Shown here: positions 15,098 through 23,933 of the stretch, one piece after another
How the letters are laid out: each line of letters opens with the position of its first letter
Position numbering within the stretch: the first letter of the stretch is position 1
NCBI GenBank assembly: GCA_964564255.1
Contig: CAZMAZ010000003.1
Span: 1-33,894, forward strand
Length of the DNA: 33,894 bases
Direction: 5' to 3'
Origin: an uncultured Clostridium sp.
GTDB taxonomy: Bacteria; Bacillota; Clostridia; Oscillospirales; CAG-272
Translations under genes and position numbers: made by a program
The notes under the pieces: model-generated
What the model saw: the letters and a program-made list of their open reading frames with translations, nothing else
What the model was told of the DNA's origin: nothing
The model's database searches: none

Positions 15098-17335
15098 TCA
15101 AAAATCGTTTTGCATCTCCAAAACCCGTTTTTCCGCCTCATCTGCGCGCAATCGATCTTCCGCATATGCGTGGCGAAGCAGCTCCGCGGGAATCAGACGG
15201 TCATACTTTTCAAAAACAGGTGTTTCGGCGGCACCGACCAACGTATACGGATCAATTCCGTCGATCTGCACTTTTTGCACCAATGCCTGTATCAGAGAAG
15301 ACGCGTCCCCTCTTTCCATACGAAAAGTCATATAGTAACATCCTTCAAATTCCAATTGACTGATGCGAAAGGAACGCGCATTTGCCAAAAGAAATTTGCG
15401 TAATGTGCGGAAAGAACGCGTTCCAAGCCACGGAAACAGGCAATATGTATATCCACCCAGCCCGACAAGATGCTTTTTGTGCAAGCCGGCATTGCGAAAT
15501 ACATGTCTTGCCGCTTCCAATCGCTTTTGTGCATTCGGTTTGAGATACGGATAAACAATATCTTCTTCCAAAACACGGCGCATCCGTTCCAGGATTTTGG
15601 TGTGAATTTCACCGAAATCTCCCGGCCATGATATTTCCATCTTCCCTTCGACCCTGTGAACATAAACCAACCTTCGCGACAGATCCAATTCCTCCACTTC
15701 CCAAACGCGCCCCGCCAAGGCAAAGCGATCTCCGATCGGAGGTGGCGTTGTAATGGTTCCAATCTGATCCGAACCGCAATTAACGGTAAAATCCTCGCTT
15801 TCCTTGAAAACCGCGTAGAATTTAAAACTTTTGAGAAGCCGTTCTCCCGCAAGTCCAATCAGCACCCCTTTTTCTTCGGTCATCTCCAGGTACTCGTTTT
15901 CAAGCATTGACAGAAGCAATGTTCGATACTCTTCTCGCGGAACATCGACAAAAGGAGGCATAGAAAGAACCGTTTCCGCCAAACGACGCGGCGTCATTTC
16001 CCCCGCAGCGGCAAGTACACTGAGTGTTTGTTGAAACAAAAGACTGTAGGGCCGTTTTTTTCGAACGGGCGGTTCGATAAACCGTTCTTCTATATACAGC
16101 TGAATAATGGCAATTCCCCGTAAAAGCTCCCACGGAATCCGCTGTGGCAACGGCGTATTCGGCAACGGATCTTCCTCGCGAAAAACCATCATCATTTCCG
16201 GCACCTGTCCACGTCTGCCGGAACGTCCGAGCCGTTGCAAAAAACTGCTGACCGAATTGGGCGCTTCCGCCTGCAAAACACGTTCAAGCCTTCCAATGTC
16301 GATACCGAGCTCCATGGTTACGGTGGCGCAAGTCACCGCAAAAACATCCTCGTCCTTCATTTTCAATTCTGCCTCTTCACGTAAAGCGGCAGACAGGTTG
16401 CCATGATGAATCAGAAAGACATCGGGATCACCGCGCATTTTGGCAATCTGTCGAAAGGTGGCGCAAAGATATTCGGTTTCTTCTCTGGAATTGGAAAAAA
16501 CCAAGGATTTTCGATCGCGCACACAGTCATACATATACTCATATCCGGCATCCAGTGTCGCGACTGCAGACTGATTGCTTTTTTCCTGTTTTTCCGGCTC
16601 CTCCGTCTGCTGTGCTTTGGGATTTTGTATGTAAAAATGCTCCATTCCCAAACGCCAATGAATTCGTTCCTGAGAAAGAGTCGGACAATCGGTCAAATTC
16701 CCTGTTCCGGCGCTTAACCAATCGGCGGCAATTTGCGGGTCCCCAACCGTTGCGGAAAGACCGATGCGGCGCGGATGATAACCAATCGCCCGTGCTATTC
16801 GGAAAAGTTGACACATAATTTGGTTGCCGCGATCGGTGCCCGTCAGCGTGTGAATCTCGTCAATCACGACAAAGCGCAAAGAACCGAACAACCGTATCAA
16901 ATCATTTGAGCGATTGATCAGCATGGATTCAAGCGATTCGGGCGTAATTTGCAAAACGCCGCGCGGTTGCTCCAACAGCTTCTTTTTATGCGACATGGTT
17001 ACATCTCCGTGCCAATGTGTCACCGGAATACCGCTTTGTACAAGCAATTCTTCAATTCGAGCAAATTGGTCGTTAATCAAAGATTTCAAAGGTGCGATAT
17101 AGAGAACACCGACCGTTTGCGGCATTTGCTCGCAAAGAAGAGAAAGAATCGGAAAAAAAGCCGCTTCGGTCTTTCCGCTCGCCGTCGATGAGTGTAAAAG
17201 CAAATGATGATCGGTTTCAAAAATCGTCTTTGCCGCAAACAATTGAACTTCACGCAAAGAATCCCACTCATGTGCATAAATGTATTCACGAACAAAGGGC
17301 GGGAATCGCAAGAAAATGCGATCAGCTTCTGTCAT
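15098..17335 (-). CDS. Lhr-like DEAD/DEAH-box SF2 helicase (helicase component of the Shango-type system)
   Basis: Walker A is SSTASGKT (GKT at 17168-17176) and motif II is DEIH (16850-16861). Motif III GLSATV and motif VI QRLGRSGRRG are also present. About 355 aa of C-terminal non-core region follow. A GAGGAA ribosome-binding site lies 7 nt upstream of the ATG, and the start overlaps the upstream gene by 14 nt. Confidence 0.9.
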   Translation of the reverse strand: MTEADRIFLRFPPFVREYIYAHEWDSLREVQLFAAKTIFETDHHLLLHSSTASGKTEAAFFPILSLLCEQMPQTVGVLYIAPLKSLINDQFARIEELLVQSGIPVTHWHGDVTMSHKKKLLEQPRGVLQITPESLESMLINRSNDLIRLFGSLRFVVIDEIHTLTGTDRGNQIMCQLFRIARAIGYHPRRIGLSATVGDPQIAADWLSAGTGNLTDCPTLSQERIHWRLGMEHFYIQNPKAQQTEEPEKQEKSNQSAVATLDAGYEYMYDCVRDRKSLVFSNSREETEYLCATFRQIAKMRGDPDVFLIHHGNLSAALREEAELKMKDEDVFAVTCATVTMELGIDIGRLERVLQAEAPNSVSSFLQRLGRSGRRGQVPEMMMVFREEDPLPNTPLPQRIPWELLRGIAIIQLYIEERFIEPPVRKKRPYSLLFQQTLSVLAAAGEMTPRRLAETVLSMPPFVDVPREEYRTLLLSMLENEYLEMTEEKGVLIGLAGERLLKSFKFYAVFKESEDFTVNCGSDQIGTITTPPPIGDRFALAGRVWEVEELDLSRRLVYVHRVEGKMEISWPGDFGEIHTKILERMRRVLEEDIVYPYLKPNAQKRLEAARHVFRNAGLHKKHLVGLGGYTYCLFPWLGTRSFRTLRKFLLANARSFRISQLEFEGCYYMTFRMERGDASSLIQALVQKVQIDGIDPYTLVGAAETPVFEKYDRLIPAELLRHAYAEDRLRADEAEKRVLEMQNDF

Positions 17336-18026
17336 GCGCAGATTCCTCTGTCAAATAACGATAAACTTCCCCATTTGTCATACATACCACACGATCTTTG
17401 GCGGCGGCAACCGATGCAAAAAACGCTTCTGCACGATCCCATGAGGCATACTTGTCCATTTCAAACGAATGCGTCCACGTATAAAACAGCCGAACACCGT
17501 CCTCGGCGTCGCCGGTTTGGTCCGATTCGGTTAAAAACTGCTCCCAAAGTGCCTCCAGGGCAGGATCTTCCATTTTACATGTGGGGTTCCATAAAAGAAA
17601 CTCATCGGGAGAACCAAACCGATGCGTTGACTCGGTCGAACGTGCCCACAAAATCCCACAATCTCTTGTAAGCGCCACTACACGGCTGTCAACGGCAATA
17701 TGTCCGTAGGGATACGCCATACCTGTAATTGCCTGTCCGGAAAGCGCTTCCAGTCGCACTTTATCCTCGGCAATTTCATACCGTATCCGATCGTCATCGC
17801 AGGTCGTCAGATGCGGGTGCGTCACCGTGTGAACGGCAACTTCATGTCCCGCATACAGCGAACGAATTTCGTCTGCTCGAACATGAGTTCCCTCTTTACC
17901 GGGTTGAACCAAAGAACCGGAATTCAGGTTAAAGGTTCCGCACAGTCCGTATTGATTCAAAAGTGCCACCAAGCGACGGTCTTGGAAGGATCCGTCGTCA
18001 AAGCTAAAGGTAATAATGCGTTTCAT
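17322..18026 (-). CDS. Polysaccharide deacetylase family protein (CE4 / NodB homology domain)
   Basis: Motif 1 is SFDDG (17991-18005) and motif 2 is HTVTH (17817-17831). AYPYG and THS resemble motifs 3 and 5. The protein has no signal peptide. The ribosome-binding site is AAAGGAGAA. Confidence 0.85.
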   Translation of the reverse strand: MKRIITFSFDDGSFQDRRLVALLNQYGLCGTFNLNSGSLVQPGKEGTHVRADEIRSLYAGHEVAVHTVTHPHLTTCDDDRIRYEIAEDKVRLEALSGQAITGMAYPYGHIAVDSRVVALTRDCGILWARSTESTHRFGSPDEFLLWNPTCKMEDPALEALWEQFLTESDQTGDAEDGVRLFYTWTHSFEMDKYASWDRAEAFFASVAAAKDRVVCMTNGEVYRYLTEESAHDRS

Positions 18027-18050
18027 TTTTTGTTCTCCTTTATTGTTTGT

Positions 18051-19481
18051 TCAAAATTGAATATCTTCCGGTGTATATACCTTTTGCGTTCGATCCCCTT
18101 TTGCGCTTGCGGCTTCCGAATCCGCAAAATGATTTGCGCTTTTGTCGTCCTTTTCACTGTCAGACGAACTTGCATGCGGGACGGCGTCGCGCACAACTTC
18201 CGAAAAGACAGCATTCGGATTTTGCATTAAAATATTGAGAACCGTCATATAATCTCTCAACATCTCTCGCGGCGTAATCATACTGTCGGCACCTGCGCGG
18301 GACAGGCAAAGTCGTAAAAATGAAATTTGGTCGTCCGTGCCGATATGTGTGGACGGATCCCATGTATAATACTGCGCATAAAGCATGGTTATGCGCTGAA
18401 TCAAGGCAAGCAATTCATCGTCCGAAAGCCGTCGCAAACGGATGACGGGGCCTATCAAATTTTTAAAGCCGTCCAACGCAAAACGACTGTCACATAAACG
18501 GGAACGCAATGCCTCGTAGCTGAATAATCCCCGCCTTGTGTCTTCCAAAAACTGCGGTGTGCCCGCAAAGAGAATTCCCAGCCCTTGCGCACGCCCTTGC
18601 AAGGTATCATTGAACATCGACAAAATTTTTTCATAATTATTTTCCCGACTGACACGATGACTGATCTTATAGAGATTAACACACTCATCAATAAAAACAA
18701 TCAAGCCGCGATACCCCATACGGCGCGCCAATGCTGCCCAGAGTTTAAGAAAATCATACCAATTATCATCATCGATAATGGTAGAAACAGATATTCCGAT
18801 TTCTCTGCGGGCTTCGGTTTTGGTTGTATATTCGCCGCGGAACCAACGCAAGCATGCACTCATACGCGCGTCCGCTTCTGCGTCCCCTTGCCGATATGCG
18901 CGATAATAGGTAATCATCACCTGCGCAAAATCAAACCCGCCAACCAAAAATTCCATTTCGCGCATTTCCTCGGTCACAAGCCGATTCATTTCGGCGTCAA
19001 ACACGGCACTGTCGGGTGAAAATCCCGCGGAAAGCAATTGGCTTTGCAAAGACGTAATCCATTTGGCAATGATTTTTCGCAATGCACCGCCGTCCGGAGA
19101 GGCTTTGGAAGCCAGATTTTTCATAAGTTCACGGTAGGTCGCCACACCGTTGCCACCGGTTCCGTACAGGCGGCGTTCCGGCGACAGATCACAGTCCGCT
19201 GTCAAAAAATCGCGTTCCAATGCGTATCCGCGAATCAACTGAAGCAAAAAACTCTTCCCGCTTCCGTATCGCCCAATCAAAAAACGCATAGCGCCCCCGC
19301 CCTCATTTACCTGCTCAAGGTCGGAAAGCAATGCACTGATTTCATCTTGCCGTCCGATTGCAATATAGGGCGCGCCTTCCCGCGGTACAACGCCTGCGCT
19401 GACAGAAGCAAGCAAGGAAGCAAGTACCCGACGCGGCACCTGTTTGTATGACGCATTTTGTTGTTTTTCTACATTACTCAT
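18051..19481 (-). CDS. DUF2791 / BrxD-like P-loop ATPase (ATPase component of the Shango-type system)
   Basis: The sequence ...SAGVVPREGAPYIAIGRQDEISALLSDLEQV..GGGAMRFLIGRYGSGKSFLL... is DUF2791-like, with GSGKS at 19251-19265. Also present are DLSPERRLYG...TYRELMKNL and Walker B LIVFIDEC. The start overlaps the upstream stop as ATGA. Confidence 0.8.
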   Translation of the reverse strand: MSNVEKQQNASYKQVPRRVLASLLASVSAGVVPREGAPYIAIGRQDEISALLSDLEQVNEGGGAMRFLIGRYGSGKSFLLQLIRGYALERDFLTADCDLSPERRLYGTGGNGVATYRELMKNLASKASPDGGALRKIIAKWITSLQSQLLSAGFSPDSAVFDAEMNRLVTEEMREMEFLVGGFDFAQVMITYYRAYRQGDAEADARMSACLRWFRGEYTTKTEARREIGISVSTIIDDDNWYDFLKLWAALARRMGYRGLIVFIDECVNLYKISHRVSRENNYEKILSMFNDTLQGRAQGLGILFAGTPQFLEDTRRGLFSYEALRSRLCDSRFALDGFKNLIGPVIRLRRLSDDELLALIQRITMLYAQYYTWDPSTHIGTDDQISFLRLCLSRAGADSMITPREMLRDYMTVLNILMQNPNAVFSEVVRDAVPHASSSDSEKDDKSANHFADSEAASAKGDRTQKVYTPEDIQF

Positions 19482-21274
19482 TTCTCGTCCCCCAATTCCG
19501 TTTTCAATATTTCAATATAATCCGTAATCACCGCATATCCATTCTCTGTTTCTTCCAAAAGAATGTCTCCTATCTGCGGTAAAGAAAGTGCGACATCGTT
19601 AATCTCATCTGCAATCGCATCCTCCATAAAGCCTTGTTGTCGCGCCCACACGCTTGCCTCCTTTTGTCGTCCTTCCAAAAGCAGGTGCAGATACGGCTCC
19701 CACTTTGCAAGCAACGAAGGTTCGGTTTGCTCTGTTTCCTCGGAGCTGTCTGCAACCGCGATCGGTAGGGATTTGGTATCGGATACCGCGATCTGCGGTA
19801 AAAAATCAGGCAATTCTTCTTGCTTTTCGACTGTTTCCGATTGGTCAAATGCGCTTATCAGCTGTCTTGTCGTATCCCATGAATTTTCCTCAATCTGCAC
19901 TGCGTGTTCAACAGAAAGCGCGCGCATTGGCAAATCATACAGTTTTTCGTACGCCGGCGCTTCGGGTTCGCGCTCTTTTACTCGGCTTTTTTCGGGCAAT
20001 GCCTTTTGTAAATAGGCATCTGCCATCTCCTGCATAAAATTCGGCAAATTTCCAATGGAAAGCCGCGCCTTAATCCCGAGCGATATTCGAATTTTGTTCT
20101 CGGTATATTTGATTAAATCCGTTATCAAAAAACGTAATTCGTGAGACCGTGAAAAGGAATACGCATCAATCTCCAAATGTTTTTTGTGCTTCGCAGCACA
20201 GAGAACCCCCACGAAGGTATCGCGCTTATAGGTAATATCTTTTAGTCCTTTGATGGAAAAATGTCCGGTGGCATCGGTCATTTCCCGTATGCATGCGTGC
20301 AAAACGCCCTTAATAACCGTATCAAAAAGCGGTGCCGTATCGCTTGTGTAAAACTTGCTTTTCTTGTAGTTATAATTTGTGCAAAAGAAAAGTAGGGTTT
20401 GCACAAAACTGCCGTCGGGAGAATCTGTATCGGCACAATTCAAATAATATTCTCGCAAAGAAGAACCGGCAATCAATTCCCTGTTTTGTTCCTCCAAAAG
20501 AATCTTCGGAGCGGAAAGCCCGTGCATTAGCCCGAAATCGCAAATCCATTCCCGCATGTAATGAGAGATAAAAGGATGGTCGCGATAATAAGCAAGCCAA
20601 AGTGCGCAAAGTTGTTTTTGCGTCTCGCACGGCGGGATGCGATCGGAAAAATGAATCAATTCAAAAACATACAGCTGAATATAACTACTGTCGGTTTTCG
20701 GATACTGTTGCTTTCTGACACAGTCACGCCAAAACAAGTACCATGCAAGCTGTTTGGCATTCATTTGTGCATATTGAGGAACATAGGAGAAAAACGGTTC
20801 CGGTTCGCAAGGAGAACCGTGCGCTGTTAAAAGCCGTTCGCCGTTTTCACAAAATTGGTCAAAATAAGTGTATTTTGTCGGCCACGGATAAACACGAACC
20901 GTGTGAACCATGCTGCCATTCATTTCCCAAACACGCTCGGGAGGCTGCTTGCGTTTTTCTTCGTTCGCCGTATGTGGCGGAATATACCGAACAAACGCGG
21001 TTTTTTGAGATGCCTGCTCATCTGTTTCTTCTTTTCTTTGCTTTTCGGGAAAAGAGTTTTGTGTAATCGTTTCAAATGAAATTCGACCGCTTTCTGTTGC
21101 AGTGTTTGGATTTTTCTCGGCATCGCCATTCAAAACGGGATCCGCCATAATGTCAATCGCTTCTGTATCCTCTCGGCATACGGTCGTCTTTTTATTACGA
21201 GGCAGAAGGGCGTCAATGGTCCAAAAGGCATCCAGTTCTTCCTCTCTTTTTCTTTGATCGTCTTTCACACGCAT
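19478..21274 (-). CDS. TerB-N / TerB-C domain protein (SngA-like component of the Shango-type system)
   Basis: The TerB-N signature FFSYVPQYAQMNAKQLAWYLFWRDCVRKQQYPKTDSSYIQLYVFELIH falls around 20726-20794. The C-terminus is TerB-C-like (...QGFMEDAIADEINDVALSLPQIGDILLEETENGYAVITDYIEIL). I set the start at the ATG at 21272-21274, because the consensus promoter lies inside the longer ORF-track extension. Confidence 0.8.
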   Translation of the reverse strand: MRVKDDQRKREEELDAFWTIDALLPRNKKTTVCREDTEAIDIMADPVLNGDAEKNPNTATESGRISFETITQNSFPEKQRKEETDEQASQKTAFVRYIPPHTANEEKRKQPPERVWEMNGSMVHTVRVYPWPTKYTYFDQFCENGERLLTAHGSPCEPEPFFSYVPQYAQMNAKQLAWYLFWRDCVRKQQYPKTDSSYIQLYVFELIHFSDRIPPCETQKQLCALWLAYYRDHPFISHYMREWICDFGLMHGLSAPKILLEEQNRELIAGSSLREYYLNCADTDSPDGSFVQTLLFFCTNYNYKKSKFYTSDTAPLFDTVIKGVLHACIREMTDATGHFSIKGLKDITYKRDTFVGVLCAAKHKKHLEIDAYSFSRSHELRFLITDLIKYTENKIRISLGIKARLSIGNLPNFMQEMADAYLQKALPEKSRVKEREPEAPAYEKLYDLPMRALSVEHAVQIEENSWDTTRQLISAFDQSETVEKQEELPDFLPQIAVSDTKSLPIAVADSSEETEQTEPSLLAKWEPYLHLLLEGRQKEASVWARQQGFMEDAIADEINDVALSLPQIGDILLEETENGYAVITDYIEILKTELGDEK

Positions 21275-21307
21275 CCCCCTTTCCCCACAGCGTTTCTTTA
21301 TTATTTC

Positions 21308-21336
21308 ATTATAACACAATCTACGGTTAGTGTCAA
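21308..21336 (-). promoter_or_regulatory. Sigma-A consensus promoter of the TerB/ATPase/CE4/helicase operon
   Basis: The minus strand reads TTGACA ctaaccgtagattgtgt TATAAT. Both hexamers are perfect, the spacer is 17 nt, and there is an extended -10 TG. The -10 element is about 35 nt upstream of the ATG at 21274. Confidence 0.6.
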
Positions 21337-21573
21337 TTGCCTTTTTATTCGTTTTTCGGTTTTTCCCTTCATTTTTTCCTTGTCGACACCGTTTGCACCG
21401 CATATTAAAACCCCGCCCAACGCAAAACGCGTTCGAACGGGGTAATTTTATCATTCTATGAACCCACCGCATCTTTTCAATGCCTTGTCAAGCGTTTTTT
21501 GCGACAAAAAATACGAATCGGATTTGCACTTTTGCTTTTTTTGCATTTTTCGATTGTTTTCTCATTTTTTCTA

Positions 21574-21602
21574 TTGACTTCCGTCGGATAGTATGCTATA
21601 AT
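21574..21602 (+). promoter_or_regulatory. Sigma-A-type promoter of the aconitase-icd operon
   Basis: The sequence is TTGACT tccgtcggatagtatgc TATAAT with a 17-nt spacer, about 64 nt upstream of the ATG at 21666. Confidence 0.6.
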
Positions 21603-21665
21603 AACATATCTTGATTTTGCAGGATTAAAAGTTTAAAATTTCAACACTTATGGCTTGGAGGACGT

Positions 21666-23933
21666 ATGACAGGGATATATCTCACAAATAAACCGATTGT
21701 TTTGCATAACGGAAGACCGGAAATTGCATCTGATTACGCAATCTCCGACATTTTTCGCGGAGAAAGCATTGCCGAACAAATACTGGAAGCACACAATGAG
21801 GGGAAAGATTCATCCAGGCTTTCTCTGCGTTTTGATGCACTTGTTTCACACGACATCACCTATGTCGGTATCATTCAAACCGCCATTGCCAGCGGCATGA
21901 CCTCTTTCCCCGTCCCGTATGTATTGACCAATTGTCACAATTCCCTTTGCGCGGTTGGCGGTACCATTAATGAAGACGATCACGTGTTCGGATTGTCTGC
22001 CGCAAAAAAATTCGGCGGCATCTATGTTCCCGCCAACCAATCGGTGATCCACTCTTTTGCACGGGAAATGCTTGCGGGATGCGGCAAAATGATTCTCGGC
22101 TCCGACTCTCATACCCGTTACGGCGCATTCGGTACCTTGGGGATCGGTGAAGGTGGTCCGGAATTGGTCAAGCAGCTTTTGTGCCGTCCCTATAATATCA
22201 AAAAACCGGAAATTGTTTTGGTATATCTGACAGGAAAACCGCGCGTCGGCATTGGCCCGCATGACGTCGCATTGGCTTTGATCGGTGCTGTCTTCCATTG
22301 CGGCTTTGTGCGCAACTGCATTTTGGAATTTTCGGGACCCGGGCTTGCTTCCCTCCCCATGGAATTCCGCTGTGCCGTGGATACCATGACAACCGAAACT
22401 GCTTGTCTTTCCTCTGTTTGGGAAACCGATGACGAAACCTGTGCATATCTCTCCGTACACGGACGTAAGCATGACTTCCGTCCCCTTCGACCGAGTGAGG
22501 GTGCTGTATATGCACGCATGGTGGAAATTCATCTCGATGAAATCGAATCCATGATCGCCCTGCCGTTCCATCCTTCCAATGTCTATACAATTCACGATTT
22601 TTTGAAAAACGCCTCTATGCTTTTACAGCATGTGGAAGAAGATGCAAAAACACGATTCAAAGGAAAATTCCCCCGTCTGACCGACAAAATACAAGCCGAT
22701 GGCTCGGTTCTCGCTGACCAAGGTATTATTGCGGGATGTGCGGGCGGCATGTTTGACTCAATTGCCGAAGCATCTGCTATCTTGCGCGGCGGGAAAATCG
22801 GTTCCGATGCTTTTTCTCTGTCCATTTATCCGACCAGTGTTCCTGTTTCCATTGCATTGACACGAACGGGCATTACCGAACATTTACTCAGCGAAGGCGT
22901 TTTGATCAAGCCTTCCTTCTGCGGTCCCTGCTTCGGCGCAGGTGATGTCCCCGCAAATAACGGGCTCTCCTTGCGACACACAACACGTAATTTCCCCAAT
23001 CGTGAAGGCTCTAAGCCGGGTGAGGGACAGGTTGCGGCTGTCGCTTTAATGGATGCCTGTTCCATTGCCGCTACGGCACGAAACGGCGGTAAAATCACGG
23101 CGGCAACCGATATTCCCTATACCTACACACCGCATGCATATACCTTTGACCGATCGCCGTACGATCAACGCGTCTATTTCGGATACGGGCGTCCTCTGCC
23201 CGAACAAGAATTAGTTTTTGGCCCAAACATTACTCCTTGGCCGTCACAGCCTGCACTGGGTGAACACCTGCTGATGCGGCTGTGTGCCGTTATTCATGAC
23301 GAGGTTACCACGACCGACGAACTGATTCCTTCCGGAGAAACCTCTTCTTATCGCTCAAATCCGCAACGCCTGGCAGAATTTACACTGTCGCGCCGTGTGC
23401 CGTCCTATGTAGGTGCGGCAAAGGAGGTCATGCGGGAAGAAACGGCGCGACGTTCCAATCTCCCCTCTGCCGCGCTTTTGCAGGTGCTTTCCACATTCGG
23501 CAACCCAGATATGCTCGCCCCGATAACACAGGTCGGTTCCTGTATTTTCGCAAAAAAGCCGGGAGACGGCTCTGCCCGTGAGCAAGCGGCATCCTGCCAA
23601 AAGGTTTTGGGCGGCGTAGGCAATATTTGTTACGAATTCGCTACCAAGCGATACCGCTCCAATTGTATTAACTGGGGTATCCTTCCGTTTACATTGGATT
23701 CGCAAACCGCATTCCCCTATCGGGAAGGAGATTGGGTCTTTGTGCCCAATATCCGTACAAATCTACTCCAACACAAAACAAAATTTTTTGCGCAAATTTT
23801 GCGTGCTGACGGCACAACCGCACAGCTGTCTCTGCAAATACCCGCGTTAACCGAAGAGGAAACGCAAATTTTACTGGACGGATGCCTAATGAACTACTAT
23901 AATAACCATCGTAAACAGGAGAACAAATCATGA
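21666..23933 (+). CDS. Aconitate hydratase (monomeric aconitase-family Fe-S hydratase)
   Basis: 755 aa. GSDSHT is present, the candidate cluster cysteines are in IAGCAGG and FCGPCFG, and the swivel domain is C-terminal. The gene is coupled to icd by an ATGA overlap. Confidence 0.85.
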   Translation: MTGIYLTNKPIVLHNGRPEIASDYAISDIFRGESIAEQILEAHNEGKDSSRLSLRFDALVSHDITYVGIIQTAIASGMTSFPVPYVLTNCHNSLCAVGGTINEDDHVFGLSAAKKFGGIYVPANQSVIHSFAREMLAGCGKMILGSDSHTRYGAFGTLGIGEGGPELVKQLLCRPYNIKKPEIVLVYLTGKPRVGIGPHDVALALIGAVFHCGFVRNCILEFSGPGLASLPMEFRCAVDTMTTETACLSSVWETDDETCAYLSVHGRKHDFRPLRPSEGAVYARMVEIHLDEIESMIALPFHPSNVYTIHDFLKNASMLLQHVEEDAKTRFKGKFPRLTDKIQADGSVLADQGIIAGCAGGMFDSIAEASAILRGGKIGSDAFSLSIYPTSVPVSIALTRTGITEHLLSEGVLIKPSFCGPCFGAGDVPANNGLSLRHTTRNFPNREGSKPGEGQVAAVALMDACSIAATARNGGKITAATDIPYTYTPHAYTFDRSPYDQRVYFGYGRPLPEQELVFGPNITPWPSQPALGEHLLMRLCAVIHDEVTTTDELIPSGETSSYRSNPQRLAEFTLSRRVPSYVGAAKEVMREETARRSNLPSAALLQVLSTFGNPDMLAPITQVGSCIFAKKPGDGSAREQAASCQKVLGGVGNICYEFATKRYRSNCINWGILPFTLDSQTAFPYREGDWVFVPNIRTNLLQHKTKFFAQILRADGTTAQLSLQIPALTEEETQILLDGCLMNYYNNHRKQENKS

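Noticed and set aside
15098-19481. The DUF2791 ATPase plus Lhr-like helicase pair as part of a type 2 BREX/Pgl system.
   Set aside because: No PglX methyltransferase, PglZ phosphatase, PglW kinase or BrxA/B/C-like genes occur anywhere in the window. The upstream partner is a TerB-N/TerB-C protein, which fits the Shango architecture instead.
21275-21472. A 66-codon upstream extension of the TerB-N/TerB-C ORF (MRWVHRMIKLPRSN...).
   Set aside because: A perfect -35/-10 promoter (21308-21336) lies inside the extension, so the mRNA most likely begins downstream of it. The ATG at 21274 has a purine-rich ribosome-binding site.
21846-22595. A 249-aa minus-strand ORF inside the aconitase gene, plus similar antisense or alternative-frame ORFs elsewhere. 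Examples are 107-739, 1460-2026, 8046-8708, 17700-18230, 24036-24605 and 27263-27853.
   Set aside because: All are embedded in well-supported genes on the other strand or frame. They lack ribosome-binding sites and recognisable motifs, so they are shadow ORFs.
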